Source: Poseidonibacter antarcticus (GTDB taxonomy: Bacteria; Campylobacterota; Campylobacteria; Campylobacterales; Arcobacteraceae). From it: a stretch of 32,000 nt of DNA. Both the position numbers and the translations under genes were made by a program. This document shows positions 18,849 through 27,196 of this stretch, piece after piece. Position 1 is the stretch's first letter; every line of letters starts with the position of its first letter. The stretch spans positions 17,951 to 49,950 of the forward strand of contig NZ_RCWF01000011.1 in assembly GCF_003667345.1 (NCBI RefSeq), in the 5' to 3' direction. Under the pieces are notes generated by a model. It had not been told where the DNA came from, searched no databases, and saw nothing but the letters and a program-made list of their open reading frames with translations.

Positions 18849-19512
18849 AAAAGTTTTATTAATTGAAGATGACTTACAAATGCAAGAATTTATAATTGAA
18901 TATTTAAAAGATTATAATTTTGATTGTAAAGCTTTTGCACATCCCAAAGATGCCTTAAAAGAGTTAAAAAATCAAAATGATTACTTAATTATAATACTAG
19001 ATTTAATGCTCCCTGATATGGATGGTTTTGATTTATTTAAAAAACTAAAACAAATAAAAAAAAATATCCCAATTATCATCTCCTCAGCAAGAGGAGATAT
19101 AGGAAATAAAATACATGGCTTTGAGCTTGGAGCTGATGATTATTTAGCAAAGCCCTATGAACCAAGAGAATTAGTTTTAAGAATTGAACATATATTAAAA
19201 AAAACGCTTTCTAGTAAAATTATAATTTCTGATTTTTTAATTGATAAAGAAAATCATACTGTTTCTTTAGAAAATTTTCCAATTGATTTTACAAAAATAG
19301 AATTTGAAATTTTTATATTTTTAATTGATAATTTAAATAAAGTATCTTCAAGGGAACAAATACTTCATGCAACTTCCTTAGATGAAAATACAAAAAATAG
19401 AACAATAGATATGCATATTTCAAATATAAGATATAAAATTGGAGACGATTCAAAAAATCCAAAATATATTAAATCTGTTTGGGGTATTGGATATAAGTTT
19501 TTAGGAAAATAA
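18832..19512 (+). CDS. OmpR-family response regulator
   Basis: Receiver VLLIEDD...LDLMLPDMDG...KP and a winged-helix C-terminus (HISNIRYKI...SVWGIGYKF). The true start may be TTG 18841, 7 nt after GAGGA. Confidence 0.88.
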   Translation: MGILIKKVLLIEDDLQMQEFIIEYLKDYNFDCKAFAHPKDALKELKNQNDYLIIILDLMLPDMDGFDLFKKLKQIKKNIPIIISSARGDIGNKIHGFELGADDYLAKPYEPRELVLRIEHILKKTLSSKIIISDFLIDKENHTVSLENFPIDFTKIEFEIFIFLIDNLNKVSSREQILHATSLDENTKNRTIDMHISNIRYKIGDDSKNPKYIKSVWGIGYKFLGK

Positions 19513-20724
19513 ATGTCAATCTTTAAAAAAATGTCAATCTTATTTATCACAAGTTTAATATTAATGATTGTCATAGGCTCATGGATTGACACTATTAATT
19601 CAAAAAGAATTGATAATTTAATTAAAGAAAAATATATTAAAATTACAGATGAAATATTAAAGAATTTTGATAATAAAAACTATTTAGATCAACTATTCAC
19701 AAAGCAAAAATTTAAGGTTTTAAATAAAAACTTTACAATAAATGCCGAAATATTACATCATCAAAAAAATACTTTTAGTGAAATAACTATTTTAAAAGAA
19801 TCTTTTAGTGATGAACTTATAATCAAAATTAAATATCTAGATGAAGAGTATATTTTAAAAACAAAAGATGAAAAGAATTTAACTGATAAAATGATTTTAA
19901 ATATTTTAATTTTCTTAGATATCTTTGTTTTAATACTTATATTTTTATATATTTTAAAACTCTTATCTCCTCTAAAAATAATAAGTAAACAAATAACAAA
20001 CTTCTCAAATGGTGATTTAGCTAGTAGAATTAATATTAAATCAAATGATGAGATAGGAATACTATCAAACTCTTTTAATAAAATGGCAGAAAACTTAGAA
20101 AACCTGATAAAAACTAGAGAAGAATTACTAAGAGATATTGGTCATGAACTAAGAAGTCCTATTGCAAAAGGTAAATTTGCTATTGAAAAAATAGATGATT
20201 TCTCACAAAAAAAATTACTAAAAAAAATATTTAACGATTTAGAAACCCTAACAAATGAATTAATAGAATTAGAAAGACTAAACTCTACAAAATTAAATAT
20301 CACAGATTTTGATTGTGAAACTTTGATTATTGAATCTTTGGGAAAATTATACTTAGATGATGAATCAAAAATTAATGTAAAAATAGAAGACAATTTTAAA
20401 ATAAATGCAGATTTATATTATCTTACAAAAGTTTTAAAAAATCTAATTGATAATGCAATAAAATATACAAGCACTTACCCCATAAATATAATCTCCAAAA
20501 CAAATACCATTGAAGTTTCAAATAAAGGTAAAAAACTATCAAAAGAATTAGAGTATTATCTAAAACCATTTACACAAGAATTATCTCAAAGAGACGGATT
20601 TGGTTTAGGTTTAAGTATTGTAAAAAAAATTTTAGATAAACATAACTTTAAATTGGAATATGAATTTAAAAACCAAACAAATATATTTAGAATTGTATTT
20701 ATTAAGACTGATAATAGTAAATAA
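19513..20724 (+). CDS. HAMP-domain sensor histidine kinase
   Basis: Two TM segments, HAMP (DEIGILSNSFNKMAENL), H-box HELRSPI, N-box LIDNAIKYT, G-box GFGLGLSIV; the ATG directly follows the regulator stop. Confidence 0.88.
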   Translation: MSIFKKMSILFITSLILMIVIGSWIDTINSKRIDNLIKEKYIKITDEILKNFDNKNYLDQLFTKQKFKVLNKNFTINAEILHHQKNTFSEITILKESFSDELIIKIKYLDEEYILKTKDEKNLTDKMILNILIFLDIFVLILIFLYILKLLSPLKIISKQITNFSNGDLASRINIKSNDEIGILSNSFNKMAENLENLIKTREELLRDIGHELRSPIAKGKFAIEKIDDFSQKKLLKKIFNDLETLTNELIELERLNSTKLNITDFDCETLIIESLGKLYLDDESKINVKIEDNFKINADLYYLTKVLKNLIDNAIKYTSTYPINIISKTNTIEVSNKGKKLSKELEYYLKPFTQELSQRDGFGLGLSIVKKILDKHNFKLEYEFKNQTNIFRIVFIKTDNSK

Positions 20725-20904
20725 TATTTTACTATTTCAATTATTACTAAGTTATATTTAATTATTATTCCATCAGATTTGTGGTACAAATAGAGATTAT
20801 TGTTCAATCTTCAATCTCATCTTTTTAGGATACTTAAACTTTTAAAACAATAAAAGTTATATCCAAATTTTCAAAATTAAAACACATTGTTAGGAGAAAT
20901 TTGC

Positions 20905-22119
20905 ATGGAATATTTCAAGCAATTTAAGGAAAAATATCTGGTTGCATTCTGGCATCCTACGCCTGCTGTTATAGCATTGGGTGTACTTGCAGCTTATTAT
21001 TTTGGTATTACAGGAACGTATTGGGCAGTTACAGGAGAATTTACACGTTGGGGTGGACATATTTTACAATTAGCTGGTGTTGATATTAGCGATTGGGGCT
21101 ATTATAAAATTATGAATATGAATGGAAATAGTCTAACAAGAGTTGATGGTGTTATGATTATTGGTATGTTTGCTGGATGTATAGCTGCTGCTTTTTGGGG
21201 AAATAATGTAAAACTTAGAATGCCTGCTAGTAAAATACGTATTGCACAAGCACTTATTGGTGGTATAATTGCAGGATTTGGTGCAAGACTTGGTATGGGT
21301 TGTAACCTTGCTAGTTTATTTACAGGAATTCCTCAGTTTTCAGCACATGCATGGTTTTTTACACTTGCAATGATTATTGGTATTTATTTAGGTGTAAAAG
21401 TAACTGCCCTATCTTTTTTTAAATCTAAAATTAAATTAGAAAAAGTTTCTTGTAGTAAAGATTTAAATAAAGACTCAGATGAAAATAAACAAAAAGTTAA
21501 ATCGTTATTTACAATAGGTTCTTTTGTATTTGTAGCTATGATTATTTGGGCTTTATATTTAATTTTTATTGATAATAGTCAAAAACTTGGAATTGCAATG
21601 CTTTTTGGAGCTGCTTTTGGTTTATTAATCGCAAAAGCTCAGATTTGTTTTACATCTGCTTTTAGAGATATTTTTACAACAGGAAGAAGTGAATTAGCAG
21701 TTGCTATTGTAATTGGTATGGCTGTTTCAACTATTGGTGTTTTCTCTTATATTATGATTGGAACTCCTGCTAAAATTATGTGGCTTGGTCCTAATGCTAT
21801 TATAGGTGGTTTACTATTTGGTTTTGGTATTGTATTAGCTGGTGGTTGTGAATGTGGATGGATGTATAGAGCTGTTGAAGGTCAAGTTCATTTCTGGATT
21901 GTTGGTATTGGAAATGTAATTGGTGCTACTTTACTTGCATTTATGTGGGATAGTTTTTCTTTATCTTTAGCTACATCGTGGCCAAAAATAAATCTTCTTG
22001 AAACATTTGGTCAATATGGTGGTTTATTTATGAACTATATTTTCTTATTCTTATTATTTTTATTAATTCTAAAATTAGAAAAAAACTATAGAACAAAATT
22101 ACAACAAAAAGGAAAATAA
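20905..22119 (+). CDS. YeeE/YedE family sulfur-compound (thiosulfate) transporter
   Basis: Polytopic; the conserved GMGCNL and AGGCECGW cysteine loops are typical of YeeE/TsuA; TAGGAG RBS 8 nt before ATG 20905. Confidence 0.8.
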   Translation: MEYFKQFKEKYLVAFWHPTPAVIALGVLAAYYFGITGTYWAVTGEFTRWGGHILQLAGVDISDWGYYKIMNMNGNSLTRVDGVMIIGMFAGCIAAAFWGNNVKLRMPASKIRIAQALIGGIIAGFGARLGMGCNLASLFTGIPQFSAHAWFFTLAMIIGIYLGVKVTALSFFKSKIKLEKVSCSKDLNKDSDENKQKVKSLFTIGSFVFVAMIIWALYLIFIDNSQKLGIAMLFGAAFGLLIAKAQICFTSAFRDIFTTGRSELAVAIVIGMAVSTIGVFSYIMIGTPAKIMWLGPNAIIGGLLFGFGIVLAGGCECGWMYRAVEGQVHFWIVGIGNVIGATLLAFMWDSFSLSLATSWPKINLLETFGQYGGLFMNYIFLFLLFLLILKLEKNYRTKLQQKGK

Positions 22120-22120
22120 T

Positions 22121-22360
22121 ATGGATAAAAAAAATATAGTTCCAAATTATAGACTAGATATGCAAGGTGAACCTTGTCCATATCCTGCTGTTAAGACACT
22201 TGAAGCAATGCAAAGTTTAGAAGAAGGTGAAATCTTAGAAATTATTAGTGATTGTCCTCAAAGTATTAATAATATTCCAATTGATATGAAAAATCATGGA
22301 TATAAAGTATTAAGTATTGATAGTAGTGGTCCTACTATTCAATATATAATACAAAAATAA
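22121..22360 (+). CDS. TusA/YeeD-like sulfurtransferase
   Basis: 79 aa with the DMQGEPCPYPAVKT (CPxP active-site) motif; starts 1 nt after the yeeE stop. Confidence 0.85.
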   Translation: MDKKNIVPNYRLDMQGEPCPYPAVKTLEAMQSLEEGEILEIISDCPQSINNIPIDMKNHGYKVLSIDSSGPTIQYIIQK

Positions 22361-22361
22361 A

Positions 22362-22392
22362 AGAAGAGGATTAAATAATCCTCTTTTCTTTA
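22362..22392 (+). terminator. rho-independent terminator
   Basis: AAGAGGATT-aaat-AATCCTCTT stem followed by TTC TTT. Confidence 0.7.
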
Positions 22393-22441
22393 TGATTGTT
22401 TTTGTATAATCCTCTAAAATTATAACTTTAATAGAGAGCTA

Positions 22442-23359
22442 ATGAATTATCAAACAATCTTAGAAGAAATACAAAAAGAAATTCAACCTTATTTCAAAAA
22501 TGGTAAAGTAGCTGATTATATTCCAGCACTAGCAAAAGTAGATCCAAATCAGTTTGCAATGTCAATTCAATTATTTGATGGAAGTCAATATAATATTGGA
22601 ACTGTTGATAATAAATTTTCAATTCAAAGTATTTCAAAAGTTTTTGCTTTTACTTTAGCTTTAAACCATTATGGGAAAGGCTTATATAAAAGAGTTGGTC
22701 ATGAACCATCAGGCGATCCTTTTAACTCACTAGTACAACTGGAATATGAAAATGGTATTCCTAGAAATCCTTTTATAAATGCAGGTGCAATTGTAACTAT
22801 TGATAGCCTTGTTTCACTTCATAGAAAAAATAGTTTTGAATATATTTTAAATTTTATAAAAAAAGTTTCAAATGATGATTCAATCACTTACGATGAAGAG
22901 ATTTTTAAATCAGAATTAAATCATGGATTTAGAAACTTTGCATTAATAAATATGATTAAAAGTTATAATAATATTTATAATCCAATAGATGATGTAATAG
23001 ATGCATATTTTAAACAATGTTCAATTATGATGACTCCTTGTCAACTTGCAAAAGCAATGTTATTTTTAGCAAATCATGGAGTAAACCCCTTAAATAATGA
23101 AAGAATTATCACAAATGAAAAAGCAAAGAGAATAAATTCTGTTATGCTTACATGTGGTCACTACGATGCATCAGGTGATTTTGCATACAAAGTTGGACTT
23201 CCAGGGAAAAGTGGCGTTGGTGGAGGAATTGTTGCGATTGTTCCTCAAAAAATGGCTATTTGTGTCTACTCTCCAAAATTAAATGCTCAAAGTAATTCAT
23301 ATATTGGAACAAAAGCATTAGAATTATTTACAACAAAGACTGGCTTATCAATTTTTTAA
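22442..23359 (+). CDS. glsA: glutaminase A
   Basis: GKVADYIPALA, QSISKVF (Ser-x-x-Lys) and LPGKSGVGGGI blocks; 305 aa. Confidence 0.9.
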   Translation: MNYQTILEEIQKEIQPYFKNGKVADYIPALAKVDPNQFAMSIQLFDGSQYNIGTVDNKFSIQSISKVFAFTLALNHYGKGLYKRVGHEPSGDPFNSLVQLEYENGIPRNPFINAGAIVTIDSLVSLHRKNSFEYILNFIKKVSNDDSITYDEEIFKSELNHGFRNFALINMIKSYNNIYNPIDDVIDAYFKQCSIMMTPCQLAKAMLFLANHGVNPLNNERIITNEKAKRINSVMLTCGHYDASGDFAYKVGLPGKSGVGGGIVAIVPQKMAICVYSPKLNAQSNSYIGTKALELFTTKTGLSIF

Positions 23360-23414
23360 TAATACTTGATAGCTTTTTTAGTATAATAATAAAAAATTAT
23401 AATTAAGGTAAATA

Positions 23415-24026
23415 ATGACTGCATTGGAAATAGCTGATTTTATAGGAATAATATCTTTTGCTTTAAGTGGATTTTTAATTGCAGTACATTGTAAACTTGA
23501 TATTTTAGGAGTATTTATCTCTTCATTTTTAACAGCTCTTGGTGGTGGAATGATTAGAGATGTCCTTGCAGATAGGACTCCTTACGTTTTTACAGATACC
23601 CTTCCTGTTATTTTAGTAATAGCAACGGTATTAATAGCTTTGTTATTTAAACTTCATAAAAGTGATGATATAGAAAGTAAAACTGCTTTTATAGTCTCTG
23701 ATGCAGTAGGATTAGTTTCATTTTCAATAACAGGTTCAATTATTGCAATTCAAAATGAATATAACTTTTTAGGTGTATTGATTTTAGCCTTTTTAACAGC
23801 AGTTGGAGGTGGGACAATTAGAGATATTTTAATAAATAGAGTTCCATCAATTCTAATATCAGAATTTTATGCAACGGTTGCGCTAATTGTAGGATTTATA
23901 GTTTATACCTTAGATATATTTGAAATGAGAACATTATTTACAGTATTAATTGTTTTTGTATTTGGCGTAGCCTTACGATTATTAGCATATTATAGAAAGT
24001 GGCATCTACCAACTTTATCTAAATGA
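23415..24026 (+). CDS. trimeric intracellular cation channel (TRIC/UPF0126, YadS-like) membrane protein
   Basis: Internal duplication with GGGMIRDVL and GGGTIRDIL glycine motifs; 7 TM pattern. Confidence 0.85.
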   Translation: MTALEIADFIGIISFALSGFLIAVHCKLDILGVFISSFLTALGGGMIRDVLADRTPYVFTDTLPVILVIATVLIALLFKLHKSDDIESKTAFIVSDAVGLVSFSITGSIIAIQNEYNFLGVLILAFLTAVGGGTIRDILINRVPSILISEFYATVALIVGFIVYTLDIFEMRTLFTVLIVFVFGVALRLLAYYRKWHLPTLSK

Positions 24027-24103
24027 TAATTATTATTATTTGTTTAACTTTCTGTTTACTATTTATAGCTACAATTCATCAATTTTTAAAATTAGGAGAA
24101 AAA

Positions 24104-24556
24104 ATGAAAAAAATTTTATTTACAGTATTATTATTTGTTGCAACATTTGCAAACGCTTTAAGTATTGGTGATTCTACACCTACGTTTGATATAAAAGATC
24201 AATTTGAGAAAGCTCACAAAATTAGTCCAGACTCTAAAACTATTTTAGTTGCAGGAGATAAAGGTACTAGTGAAATATTAAGAGATTATTTACTTACAAA
24301 AGATAAAGGTTTCTTAGAATCAAATAAATCAAATTATGTAGCAGATATTTCAGGAATGCCAAGTTTAATCGCAAAATGGTTTGCATTACCAAAAATGAAA
24401 AAATATCCATTCTCAATTCTTTTAGTTGATGAAGAACAAACTAAATCATTTACTAAAAAAGAAGATACTATCACAGTTTATACTTTAACTGATGGTAAAG
24501 TTTCTGATATTAAGTTTATTAAAACAGCTGAAGAATTAGCAGCAGTATTTAAATAA
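24104..24556 (+). CDS. hypothetical secreted/periplasmic protein
   Basis: TAGGAG RBS at 24093; signal peptide MKKILFTVLLFVATFANA; no family recognised. The 24023 start in the ORF track adds an implausible hydrophobic extension. Confidence 0.55.
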   Translation: MKKILFTVLLFVATFANALSIGDSTPTFDIKDQFEKAHKISPDSKTILVAGDKGTSEILRDYLLTKDKGFLESNKSNYVADISGMPSLIAKWFALPKMKKYPFSILLVDEEQTKSFTKKEDTITVYTLTDGKVSDIKFIKTAEELAAVFK

Positions 24557-24561
24557 ATTCT

Positions 24562-24591
24562 ATCTAGTCTATTTTTAGAAATAGGCTAGAT
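24562..24591. terminator. bidirectional hairpin between convergent genes
   Basis: ATCTAGTCTAT-(8 nt)-ATAGGCTAGAT, an 11-bp stem with one G-U position. Confidence 0.5.
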
Positions 24592-25169
24592 TAAGCTAAA
24601 AGCTTAACAAATGCCTCAATAATAGCTATACTTTCAAGCTCTTTGATTCTGTTTTCTAAAGAATCAACACTTTCACCATTATTTATTTTAAGCTCTTTTT
24701 TTAAAATGATTCTACCATCATCATATTTCTCATTTACAAAATGAATCGTAACACCTGATTTAGGCTCGTTATTTTTAATAATTGCTTCATGTACAAATCT
24801 TCCATACATTCCTTTGCCTCCATAAATTGAAGGTAAAAGTGCAGGATGTGTATTTACTATTCTTTCAGGAAACTGTGATATTAAAATAGTTCCAATCATT
24901 TTCATATAACCAGAACAGAATATATAATCACAGTTAAACTCTTTTAATAAATTTGATATTTTTTCATCAATATTTTCATTAGGGTATTTTTTTTCATTTA
25001 TTACAAAATTAGGTATTTGCATATCATTTGCTATATTTAAAACATTCGCATTACTATTATTGGAAATTACTACAACAACTTGTGCATCTAAAATCTTCTC
25101 TTCTATGGCTTTTTGTATTTTTTGAAAACCACTTCCATTATATGAAGCTAAAATACCTATTCTTTTCAT
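24591..25169 (-). CDS. purN: phosphoribosylglycinamide formyltransferase
   Basis: MKRIGILASYNGSG, INTHPALLP and SGVTIHFVNEKYDDG motifs; 192 aa. Confidence 0.88.
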   Translation of the reverse strand: MKRIGILASYNGSGFQKIQKAIEEKILDAQVVVVISNNSNANVLNIANDMQIPNFVINEKKYPNENIDEKISNLLKEFNCDYIFCSGYMKMIGTILISQFPERIVNTHPALLPSIYGGKGMYGRFVHEAIIKNNEPKSGVTIHFVNEKYDDGRIILKKELKINNGESVDSLENRIKELESIAIIEAFVKLLA

Positions 25170-25231
25170 TTTTAATATCCTATTTAATAATTGCGCGTGA
25201 TTATAACAGATTAAATATAAAAAACAATGAT

Positions 25232-26113
25232 TTATTTATCTTTCTTATTAATTAAAAATACACCAAAAAATATAAAAATAGTAGCTATAAAATCTATCAT
25301 CTTAATATCTTCACCAACAATAAAAAACCCAATAATTAGAGCAACAACAGGAGGAATATATGTAATAGAAGAGGCTTTTAATACACCTAGCTTTTCAATC
25401 ATATAATAGTATAAGATATAAGCTAGTCCAGTACCTAAAATACCTAATCCTACAACCAATCCTATAAAACTATGAGTATCTTGCCAAATGTTATTTATAC
25501 CTTTAAAATCTACTATTAAAAATAGAATAATTAAAGCACTTCCTAATTGATAAGTTGTTAAAGCTACTACATTAATTTTTAATGGCATAATAAATTTTTT
25601 AGCATAAACAAAAGAAGAACCAACACTTAATGATGCAATAAGTAAGTATAAAACACCTTCTATATTTGTATTTTCTAAGTTACTTGAAAATACTCCACTT
25701 ATTATTAAAACACCTAGAAATCCTAATAATACACCCAATAAAGCGAGCTTTGTAACTTTTTCTTCTTTTAAAAATATGCTAGCCATTAAAAAAGAAAAAA
25801 GTGGTATCGCCCCACTTAAAGCACCTGCAATTCCAGATAATAATAATGAAGAACCTTTTACATAACCAAAAAAGTAAATAACAGCTGCTAATAAGGACAT
25901 AACAACAAAATGTATTATATATTTTAAATCTTCAAATTTTAAAGCTTTTATATATAAAGCATAAAAAAATACTGGAATAAAACCAAATAAAACTCTATAA
26001 AAAACAACTTGCATAGGTTCAATAAACTCTGCTGCCATCTTCATATAAATAAAATTACTTCCCCAAATAATACCTAAAGACCAAAAAGCTAATATAGGAA
26101 TATATTTCATCAT
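25232..26113 (-). CDS. DMT superfamily (EamA-like) transporter
   Basis: 10-TM pattern in two EamA halves; 293 aa. Confidence 0.8.
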   Translation of the reverse strand: MMKYIPILAFWSLGIIWGSNFIYMKMAAEFIEPMQVVFYRVLFGFIPVFFYALYIKALKFEDLKYIIHFVVMSLLAAVIYFFGYVKGSSLLLSGIAGALSGAIPLFSFLMASIFLKEEKVTKLALLGVLLGFLGVLIISGVFSSNLENTNIEGVLYLLIASLSVGSSFVYAKKFIMPLKINVVALTTYQLGSALIILFLIVDFKGINNIWQDTHSFIGLVVGLGILGTGLAYILYYYMIEKLGVLKASSITYIPPVVALIIGFFIVGEDIKMIDFIATIFIFFGVFLINKKDK

Positions 26114-26115
26114 TA

Positions 26116-26583
26116 TTATCTAATCCTTTGAGAGTGTGTAAGTGCAATTGCAATTGCATCTGTAATATCTAAGGGTTTTATCTCTTTTTTAATTCCAAGT
26201 AATTTTTTTACCATAAAAGCAACTTGAGTTTTATCCGCTTTTCCATTGCCCGTAACTGCTTTTTTAACTTGTAAAGGAGTATATTCAGCAAAATTTCCAA
26301 ATTTTTGTAAAATTTTTAATGATATAGCTCCTCTAAATTGAGCTAACTTAATTACTGTCTTTGGATTAAAGGCATAAAACATATCTTCAATTGAAACTTC
26401 ATTAATAACATGTTTGTCAAAAATAAGATCAAAACCTTCTGTCATTTCCACAATTTGTTCTTGTAAAATTTTTGTTTTTATTTTAATTAAACCAGCTTCA
26501 ATAAGTCTAGTTTGAGAACCATTTTTTTCAATTATTGCATAGCCACAATTTCTTGTTCCAGGGTCAATTCCTAATATTTTCAC
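26116..26583 (-). CDS. ruvC: crossover junction endodeoxyribonuclease RuvC
   Basis: [17 protein letters not shown] and [12 protein letters not shown] catalytic blocks; GTG start at 26583. Confidence 0.92.
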   Translation of the reverse strand: MKILGIDPGTRNCGYAIIEKNGSQTRLIEAGLIKIKTKILQEQIVEMTEGFDLIFDKHVINEVSIEDMFYAFNPKTVIKLAQFRGAISLKILQKFGNFAEYTPLQVKKAVTGNGKADKTQVAFMVKKLLGIKKEIKPLDITDAIAIALTHSQRIR

Positions 26584-26695
26584 GTATATTCACTTTTAAT
26601 TTATTTTTTATTCACATCAGTATAATAGCCATATAATGGTATGTTTTAGATAAATTTTCACTTAATGTGAACAATCTATTCACTACTTATTCACT
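26576..26695. other. DnaA-box cluster (oriC1-like) next to ruvC
   Basis: Seven TTCAC-core 9-mers: ATTTTCACG 26576-84, ATATTCACT 26586-94, TTATTCACA 26608-16, ATTTTCACT 26654-62, TTGTTCACA (minus strand) 26666-74, CTATTCACT 26676-84, TTATTCACT 26687-95. Confidence 0.7.
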
Positions 26696-26757
26696 ATGTG
26701 TAAAACTAGTTCTTATTGAAAATCATAAATATTTTATAACTTATTAATTTACTAGTT

Positions 26758-26780
26758 TTTAAGATTTTTTTTGACATAAT
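26758..26780 (+). promoter_or_regulatory. promoter-like repeat copy 1 (T-tract + TG + CATAAT)
   Basis: TTTAAGATTTTTTTTGACATAAT, near-identical to copy 2 about 73 nt downstream; a TATAAT follows at 26784-26789. Confidence 0.4.
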
Positions 26781-26831
26781 TAGTATAATCTTTATATATT
26801 CATAATTTTATAAATCATTTATTTATTTTAA

Positions 26832-26853
26832 TTTAAGATTTTTTTGACATAAT
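26832..26853 (+). promoter_or_regulatory. promoter-like repeat copy 2, probable promoter of the 79-aa peptide gene
   Basis: TTTAAGATTTTTTTGACATAAT has a T-tract, TG and a -10-like CATAAT, as in Campylobacterota promoters; it lies 45 nt upstream of ATG 26898, followed by hairpin GAGTA-aaattc-TACTC and an AAAGGA RBS. Confidence 0.45.
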
Positions 26854-26897
26854 AACACAGAGTAAAATTCTACTCATAAAAAGTTAAAGGATGTAAA

Positions 26898-27137
26898 ATG
26901 TTAGGAAATCTTTTAGGTGGGTTATTAAGTCCATTATTAAGTGTTGTTTCTGGTTTACTTGGAACTGTTGTTAATTTAGTAAGTGGTATACTTGGTGGTG
27001 CTCTTGGTACTGTTGGTGACCTTGTTGGTGGATTAACTGATACTGTAGCTGACGTTGCAGACACTAATATTAATGTTAATATTGATATCAATGGTGTTCA
27101 ATCTCCTTCAGATGCTGATGTTGGTGGTTTAGCATAA
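26898..27137 (+). CDS. 79-aa glycine/leucine/valine-rich acidic peptide, candidate type I secretion substrate
   Basis: AAAGGA RBS 6 nt upstream; own terminator; 15 Gly, 15 Leu, 12 Val, 7 Asp; no Lys/Arg/His/Glu/Cys/aromatics; directly upstream of the T1SS genes. Confidence 0.6.
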   Translation: MLGNLLGGLLSPLLSVVSGLLGTVVNLVSGILGGALGTVGDLVGGLTDTVADVADTNINVNIDINGVQSPSDADVGGLA

Positions 27138-27140
27138 TTT

Positions 27141-27169
27141 AAAAAGTAAGTCTTAACGACTTACTTTTT
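27141..27169 (+). terminator. rho-independent terminator/attenuator after the peptide gene
   Basis: AAAAAGTAAGTC-ttaac-GACTTACTTTTT, perfect 12-bp complementarity including the A5/T5 flanks, 3 nt after the stop. Confidence 0.8.
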
Positions 27170-27196
27170 AATTGTTACTAAAATACAAGGGAAATT

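Noticed and set aside
20725-20904. Tandem TCAATCT TCAATCT and a small ATTTGT-ggt-ACAAAT hairpin between the kinase gene and yeeE
   Set aside because: The repeats are very short and the stem has only 6 bp with no U-tract. This is compatible with chance in AT-rich DNA.
26870-27091. 73-aa Pro/Thr/Ser-rich ORF antisense to the glycine-rich peptide gene
   Set aside because: It is the mirror-image frame of a GGT/GTT-rich gene (Gly/Val codons read as Pro/Thr on the other strand). It has no RBS, and it would run into the promoter region of the plus-strand gene. The plus-strand ORF has the RBS, promoter and terminator.
26898-27137. RTX nonapeptide repeats or a double-glycine leader in the 79-aa peptide
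   Set aside because: No GGxGxD nonapeptide is present; the closest match is VGGLTD. GG pairs occur at residues 7-8, 33-34 and 44-45, but the adjacent ABC transporter has no C39 peptidase domain to cleave a GG leader, so I do not call either feature.
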